NCBI RefSeq assembly: GCF_000092105.1 | Contig: NC_014148.1 | Coordinates: 3,180,001-3,212,000 of the forward strand | Length of the DNA: 32,000 bases | Source of the DNA: Planctopirus limnophila DSM 3776 | GTDB lineage: Bacteria; Planctomycetota; Planctomycetia; Planctomycetales; Planctomycetaceae | Reading direction: 5' to 3' | Shown: piece by piece, positions 27,271 to 32,000 of the stretch | Position numbering within the stretch: position 1 is the first letter of the stretch | Layout: each line of letters opens with the position of its first letter | The notes under the pieces: model-generated | Databases searched by the model: none | What the model was told of the DNA's origin: nothing | The model's input: the letters and a program-made list of their open reading frames with translations, nothing else | Program-made: the position numbers and the translations under genes

Positions 27271-28287
27271 GTGCGTTATCACGATCCCAAACTGCACCAG
27301 ACCTCTCGTGGTGGTGCCGCCGGCTTCACCTTGATCGAACTGATGGTCGTACTGACCATCATTGGGGTATTGCTTGCACTTCTCCTCCCCGCAGTGCAGC
27401 AATCGAGAGAAGCGATGAGGGCCACTCAATGCAAGAACAACTTGCGGCAGATCGCTTTGGCTCTCCATCAGTTTCATGATGTCCACCAGGCTTTCCCACC
27501 CGCCAGCATCAAACCACGTCCCGACGGTGACCAGAGCCAAATCTGCGGAAGTTCTGAAGCAACCTGGTTGATTCGACTCTTGCCGTATCTGGAGAGGAGT
27601 CAGCAATACGCCGAATGGGATGTCTCTGCACCCTTCATGAACCATTCGGAAGAAGTCCGGCGACGCGCGGTCCCACACTATCTCTGCCCTTCTCGCAGGG
27701 GCCCTGACAATGCCGTTTCCGAAGCACAGCAAGTTCTCCTGGCTGCTCCTTGCGGCTGTGGATTCGATATTGTCCTGCCCGCCGGGGCAACCTCCGACTA
27801 CGCTGGCAATCTGGGAGATCTCTCCCCCGGAGCGAACTACTCCGTAAACGACTTCTATTGGGGCGGGAACGGAACCGGTGTGCTCATCAATAGCCGTGGC
27901 GTTTGCGACTTACTAAAGCCGCTCGGCTGGATTGATCGTATCAGCTTCACCAAACTGCAGGATGGATCATCGAATACATTACTGGTGGGAGAAATGCACA
28001 TTCCACGAGGAAAGCTCAACGTTCCTCCCCATAACGGTGCCGCCTATAACGGTGACCATTTCTCGGCCTATGCCCGGATTGCTGGACCGGGGGCACCTTT
28101 ACAGCGCCCGGATGGAATTGAAGCATCCTACACGATTGGAACCTACCGCTTTGGCAGCTGGCATCACGAGACCGTGAACTTCGCCCTTGCGGATGGAAGT
28201 GTCCGCAGCCTGTCATATCACATGTCGACCTCTGTGCTCGGTCATCTGGCCCACCGACAAGACGCGGCCCCAGCGGCAGAGAATTAA
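27271..28287 (+). CDS. DUF1559 protein with prepilin-type N-terminal cleavage/methylation signal and C-terminal H-X9-DG motif
   Basis: GFTLIELMVVLTIIGVLLALLLPAVQQSREAMRATQCKNNLRQIALALHQFHD is the canonical DUF1559 N-terminus, and WHHETVNFALADGSV is the H-X9-DG motif. The ORF opens at TTG 27244. GTG 27271 is preferred because AAGG lies 7 nt upstream. Confidence 0.9.
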   Translation: MRYHDPKLHQTSRGGAAGFTLIELMVVLTIIGVLLALLLPAVQQSREAMRATQCKNNLRQIALALHQFHDVHQAFPPASIKPRPDGDQSQICGSSEATWLIRLLPYLERSQQYAEWDVSAPFMNHSEEVRRRAVPHYLCPSRRGPDNAVSEAQQVLLAAPCGCGFDIVLPAGATSDYAGNLGDLSPGANYSVNDFYWGGNGTGVLINSRGVCDLLKPLGWIDRISFTKLQDGSSNTLLVGEMHIPRGKLNVPPHNGAAYNGDHFSAYARIAGPGAPLQRPDGIEASYTIGTYRFGSWHHETVNFALADGSVRSLSYHMSTSVLGHLAHRQDAAPAAEN

Positions 28288-28288
28288 G

Positions 28289-28756
28289 ATGAGACGGGAT
28301 CGACGAACTTTACTGATGGGGATAACACCGATTGGCCTGATTCTGGGTTTGATCTCAGGGTGTGGGCCAACGACACCCACGACAATCCCTGTGTCCGGCA
28401 TCGTCATGGACTTCGATGGCTCGCCGATCTCAGGCGGGCTGGTCGAACTGGAGTCTCAAACTGGCGGCATCAACGCCCGTGGCGAATTGAACGCCAAAGG
28501 GGAGTTTCAGCTTTCGACGTTCGCCACCGGCGATGGTGCAGTGCCCGGAGTGCATCGTGTGATTGTTCTGCCGCCCATCAGCCCTTACGCAGGCGCCTCA
28601 GTTCTGGCAACACATCGAACCCACTCAGCAGCCCCGCGCAGGCTCTCTTCGAGGCTCGCCGACTATCGGACATCCGAACTGGAAGTCACAATTCCAGCCA
28701 CCGGCCCTCACCGCCTCACCATCCGGCTGCCCCGCTTCGACGACCAGGCAAAGTGA
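28289..28756 (+). CDS. Small lipoprotein with carboxypeptidase-regulatory-like beta-sandwich domain
   Basis: Internal ATG of ORF 28187..28756. MRRDRRTLLMGITPIGLILGLISGC is a lipobox signal peptide, followed by IPVSGIVMDFDGSPISGGLVELE. The ATG lies 1 nt after the DUF1559 TAA stop. Confidence 0.75.
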   Translation: MRRDRRTLLMGITPIGLILGLISGCGPTTPTTIPVSGIVMDFDGSPISGGLVELESQTGGINARGELNAKGEFQLSTFATGDGAVPGVHRVIVLPPISPYAGASVLATHRTHSAAPRRLSSRLADYRTSELEVTIPATGPHRLTIRLPRFDDQAK

Positions 28757-28828
28757 TTCACCACCGCAGCCTGGGGGCGAGCATTCAGCACCTGTGCCAG
28801 CGGCACGAGAGGATGGCCCTCAGCAGGC

Positions 28829-28861
28829 GTAGGATGCGGTGAAGGCTTTGCGCAGCTCACC
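28829..28861 (+). repeat. REP-like element, subfamily 2 (degenerate copy)
   Basis: GTAGGATGCGGTGAAGGCTTTGCGCAGCTCACC aligns with 26736-26768 with several substitutions. Confidence 0.45.
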
Positions 28862-28955
28862 TGCTCAAAACCCGCTGGGTGAGACTCGATTTTTCGGCTT
28901 ATTGAATTGGGGAGCGGAGTTTGTCTTCACATTCCACTGCTCGTGCCGCGTTGCC

Positions 28956-30263
28956 TCATTCGGAGGCCTTACCTGAGTGATTGCCGCCGGGAAGATAATA
29001 GGCCTTCATCGAAATCGTGCCTGCCGAGTCGGTTCCGCCATCGCCCTGGGCTTCAATTCTCAGGAGAACCTGGCGTCCCTTCGCCTGCGGAAGCTCGACA
29101 ATCTCTTCGATCTTCGGCTTCATGGGCTTATCCGCCGACCACACCTTTTCACCGTTCATCAGAATCGTGAGCGACTTGACTTTGATGTTATGGCGTCCGA
29201 CGTTCCAGTAACGATTGAGTTCCAGACGATAAAACCCGGCTTCGCCGACTTCTGAAGTGATATCGACTTCCCAGGTCGAAATCTCCTGCTGGACGTGATG
29301 CGGTCGCCAGCCATACTTGAGGTCGACCGGCCCGGTAAAGAACTCGGCATACCCTTGAGCCCCCAGGCCCATTAAAGAATTCGGATCCAGCTTCTGAATC
29401 TCCTCCAGAACCTTCAGCGACTCTTTCTCATGATTTTTCCACCTGCGGTACACAGCATACTTGGCAGCCAGTGCCCGTTGCCGGTATTCGACGGTAATCT
29501 GCTTGTTCTCAAGCACGTTATCAATCGTGGCGATCGCTTTGTTGTGCTGCCCTTTTTCTGCGAGTCCGGTCACTTCTTCGAGTAGCTTATAGGGCTGAAA
29601 TTCATACCTGGCCTGCCAGCCTAGTTGATCTTGAGGATCGCTGGCCTTCAACTCGGCCAATACGGGCTTATAGCCATCAATTTTCGGCCGATAGGTCTCA
29701 TTGATCCCCCAGCCGACATTCATCAGTTCGAGGCTTTTCCCCAGAAGATCAGCCCGGGCCTTCCCCTGGACTTTAGTTGCCTTCTCCCAGAGTTCATCCC
29801 GCTCTTTACGTTTTGCGAGAAGCTCCTGAATCTGGGCGGCCACACCATCCACAGGGGTCTGTTCCAGATTTTCCGTCAACTGACCAATATCCCGGCCCTG
29901 TGCATCGTACAGGCCGATGAGTGGTACCTGAAACAGATAGCGATTGAGATTGTTCTTCTTGTCGCGCTCCTGCTTAGGCTTGGCGGCTTCTGCTTCGGTA
30001 TGGTCAACGTGGACGAGAATCACGTTCTCGCCCAGCGCATTGCGGAAGGCCGACGTCTCGAAGACATCCCTGAGAAACTTCATCGAACCAGGATGCCAGT
30101 CACTTCCCGTCACCAGCACGACAATATCGCCCGGCACAGCTTTCGCCATTTCCAGGGCATCACTCAACGTCGGCGCAGTTCTTGTCTCGGCAGCCATCAC
30201 GCCTGCTGAAAGAGAGACAATCACCACCAGCAACATAACCAGATTTCGTATCACGGACATCAT
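28956..30263 (-). CDS. Secreted protein with N-terminal thioredoxin-fold (Thioredoxin_7-like) domain lacking the CxxC cysteines, a helical middle region and a beta-rich C-terminus
   Basis: Signal peptide MMSVIRNLVMLLVVIVSLSAGVMA. DIVVLVTGSDWHPGSMKFLRDVF...VILVHVD...VPLIGLYDAQG matches the layout of WCxxC thioredoxin-like proteins, but the motif reads WHPGS. Confidence 0.7.
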   Translation of the reverse strand: MMSVIRNLVMLLVVIVSLSAGVMAAETRTAPTLSDALEMAKAVPGDIVVLVTGSDWHPGSMKFLRDVFETSAFRNALGENVILVHVDHTEAEAAKPKQERDKKNNLNRYLFQVPLIGLYDAQGRDIGQLTENLEQTPVDGVAAQIQELLAKRKERDELWEKATKVQGKARADLLGKSLELMNVGWGINETYRPKIDGYKPVLAELKASDPQDQLGWQARYEFQPYKLLEEVTGLAEKGQHNKAIATIDNVLENKQITVEYRQRALAAKYAVYRRWKNHEKESLKVLEEIQKLDPNSLMGLGAQGYAEFFTGPVDLKYGWRPHHVQQEISTWEVDITSEVGEAGFYRLELNRYWNVGRHNIKVKSLTILMNGEKVWSADKPMKPKIEEIVELPQAKGRQVLLRIEAQGDGGTDSAGTISMKAYYLPGGNHSGKASE

Positions 30264-30385
30264 GAGCTCTCATCAAGAACGGCAACAAACACCGTCTCAA
30301 TATTCCTGGGGAAGTATCAGTAATGACGCTGATCCACGGAGATCAATATCGTCACTTCAATACGCTATATATAATAGCCACCTAA

Positions 30386-32000
30386 CTACTGAGCAGGCTT
30401 CCCGTAGACGTACACACCATTGAGATGGAGAAAGTCTTTGCGACCGTCTGGGTAATCCCCTTCAATTCGCACATATTTGGCAAGTGGCCGGCGTGAAGTC
30501 AGGTCAATCTGCCAGACCTTCTCATTCTTGTTCGCTTTATAGACCTGTTGCCAGTTCTTCCCGTCAATTGAGACAGCCACCTTAAATGGAACAGCCCGGG
30601 CAGAGTTTCCACCATCAATATTAACAATGGCGATCCCACTGATATTTCCCTGCTTCCCTAACTCTACGACAAGGGCGGGATTCGCTTCCTGATCGGTATG
30701 AAACCGCCCTCCCGATTCCTTGAGAATCCCCGCATGCTCCAGAGGTTCATCCCAGCGGCAGGTTGTCGAGATCGCAGGGATACCCCCTTCACTCAGCAGC
30801 ACACCACTATAGGGCTTATGAGCCGTCTTGTAGTTCGGTTTAATAAATTTCGCGCCCAATTCAGAAAGTGCATAAAAAGCCGATTTATCTGCTGTCTGCT
30901 CGGCCAGCAAGATTCCCTGCCGACACAGACTCTTCAACGCATCTTCACTATTACTTGCAGTGCTTGTGGCGGCTGCAGCTAACCCCGCCAGAAGCCCTTC
31001 TTTCAATGAAACATCTTGAGCGGCCATCTTCTGGCAGGCATCCAGAAAGCGAGCAAAAATCTTATCGTTCGAAATCGTCGTCTGAAGGACATCTCCAAAC
31101 AGGCCAGGCTTTGCCGCCTGATCTCGCTGTTTACCCATCTCTTCGACGATTCGATCCAGAGGCATTTGCATGACCAGATTTTCCACCGGCTTTTCGTAAC
31201 CGGCCAGCCAGATCTTCTGCAAAGCCACACGATCGCTACTTGAAGTTGCCCCCTGGCAAAACCGCTTGATCAGGAGCCAGCTTGTCTCGGGAGTTCGTTG
31301 AAAAGTCGTTACAGCCAATTGAGCGGCTTCACTCTTCACTGCTATCGGTGCATTCTGCTGTTGTAGCAAATCAAAGTATTTCGCCTGAAATCCATAATGG
31401 AACGGATTGGCTATGGTTGCCTGCTTGTAGATTTGTGTTCGTACATTCGTCTCTTCTTGCGGCAAAACTTCGGCGGCCCAGGCCAGATACTGCGCCTCTC
31501 GCAAATTCGGATGCATCCAGGCGGCATCACCTGCAAAGAGGTCCGCCCAATTGGCCTCAAAATAATTCCGATGGGGGGTCCGATGATTCCCATCGACACT
31601 GTTGCCATCGACCCACTTTCCTCGTTCCGGGCGGACGGCAAAAGCGCAATGCCCCGGTTCTCCCATCGTCGTCGCTGGAATTCCATCCGCTTTAGCTGAC
31701 AATGCTCCAGTGGTACTGAGTGATCCACAAACGCCACCCACTCGGACCGTCTTTTGCGTATAGTTCAGCCTTTCGCTCCAGGGCATATAGTACCAGGCCG
31801 ACTGGATAGAATCGCCAAACGGACTATCCCCTAAATAGTGAACCTGCCATGCCGCCGACCTGGCTTCGGTCGGTGAAAAACTGGCGCGATTTCCGATCCA
31901 TGTCAATTCATCAAAGGTGACAGTCGCTGCCACTGCAAACCGCATCTCCCAGATATCGAGCTGAACAAAGCCGGGATGGAGCTTTCCTTGTCGGTTGCGA
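30386..32000 (-). CDS. Large protein with a transglutaminase-like Cys/His core and a C-terminal F5/8 type C (discoidin) domain; the 5' end probably lies beyond the right window edge
   Basis: GGVCGSLSTTGALSAKADGIPATTMGEPGHCAF resembles the transglutaminase-like GxC...GIPAR...H core. The C-terminus ALVVELGKQGNISGIAIVN...VSIDGKNWQQVY...AKYVRIEG resembles a discoidin domain. The frame is open upstream of ATG 31945 to the end of the window. Confidence 0.75.
   Translation of the reverse strand, partial: RNRQGKLHPGFVQLDIWEMRFAVAATVTFDELTWIGNRASFSPTEARSAAWQVHYLGDSPFGDSIQSAWYYMPWSERLNYTQKTVRVGGVCGSLSTTGALSAKADGIPATTMGEPGHCAFAVRPERGKWVDGNSVDGNHRTPHRNYFEANWADLFAGDAAWMHPNLREAQYLAWAAEVLPQEETNVRTQIYKQATIANPFHYGFQAKYFDLLQQQNAPIAVKSEAAQLAVTTFQRTPETSWLLIKRFCQGATSSSDRVALQKIWLAGYEKPVENLVMQMPLDRIVEEMGKQRDQAAKPGLFGDVLQTTISNDKIFARFLDACQKMAAQDVSLKEGLLAGLAAAATSTASNSEDALKSLCRQGILLAEQTADKSAFYALSELGAKFIKPNYKTAHKPYSGVLLSEGGIPAISTTCRWDEPLEHAGILKESGGRFHTDQEANPALVVELGKQGNISGIAIVNIDGGNSARAVPFKVAVSIDGKNWQQVYKANKNEKVWQIDLTSRRPLAKYVRIEGDYPDGRKDFLHLNGVYVYGKPAQ

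Noticed and set aside
1-32000. Scan of the intergenic regions for tRNA genes (T-arm GGTTCGAATCC, D-loop AGCTCAGTTGG) and for the RNase P RNA core motif (GAGGAAAGTCC); I did not specifically scan for rRNA or SRP RNA signatures.
   Set aside because: No convincing match was seen by eye on either strand. Partial hits such as GTGTCGAATCACACCA (minus strand, around 1085-1100) lack complementary stems.

Overview
Moderately GC-rich bacterial chromosomal window whose gene content points to Planctomycetota. The lineage markers are a DUF1559 prepilin-like protein with an H-X9-DG motif, a Ser/Thr kinase fused to an FGE/SUMF1-like ectodomain, DUF4058, a PEGA lipoprotein and a GT-C glycosyltransferase. Most of the window is housekeeping: dxs-ispA, cysS, ruvC, ruvA, ispF, RNase R, a type-B sdhCAB operon and gcvT. 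I found no rRNA, tRNA, CRISPR array, transposase or integrase. I did not find a clearly novel multi-gene system. The non-ordinary content is of four kinds. (1) Three families of short intergenic repeats: GTAG-headed REP-like palindromes in two subfamilies, two heptanucleotide tandem arrays that appear to derive from the REP flanks or arms, and a hairpin plus T-run element. (2) A lower-GC islet at about 25.3-26.7 kb, bounded by REPs, carrying an acidic unknown protein plus an SMI1/KNR4 (SUKH) immunity-type protein with no toxin gene. (3) A translationally coupled DUF1559-lipoprotein pair. (4) A secreted pair at the right edge: a cysteine-less thioredoxin-fold protein and a transglutaminase-like/discoidin protein. 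All family assignments come from motif recognition in the supplied translations; no database search was possible.
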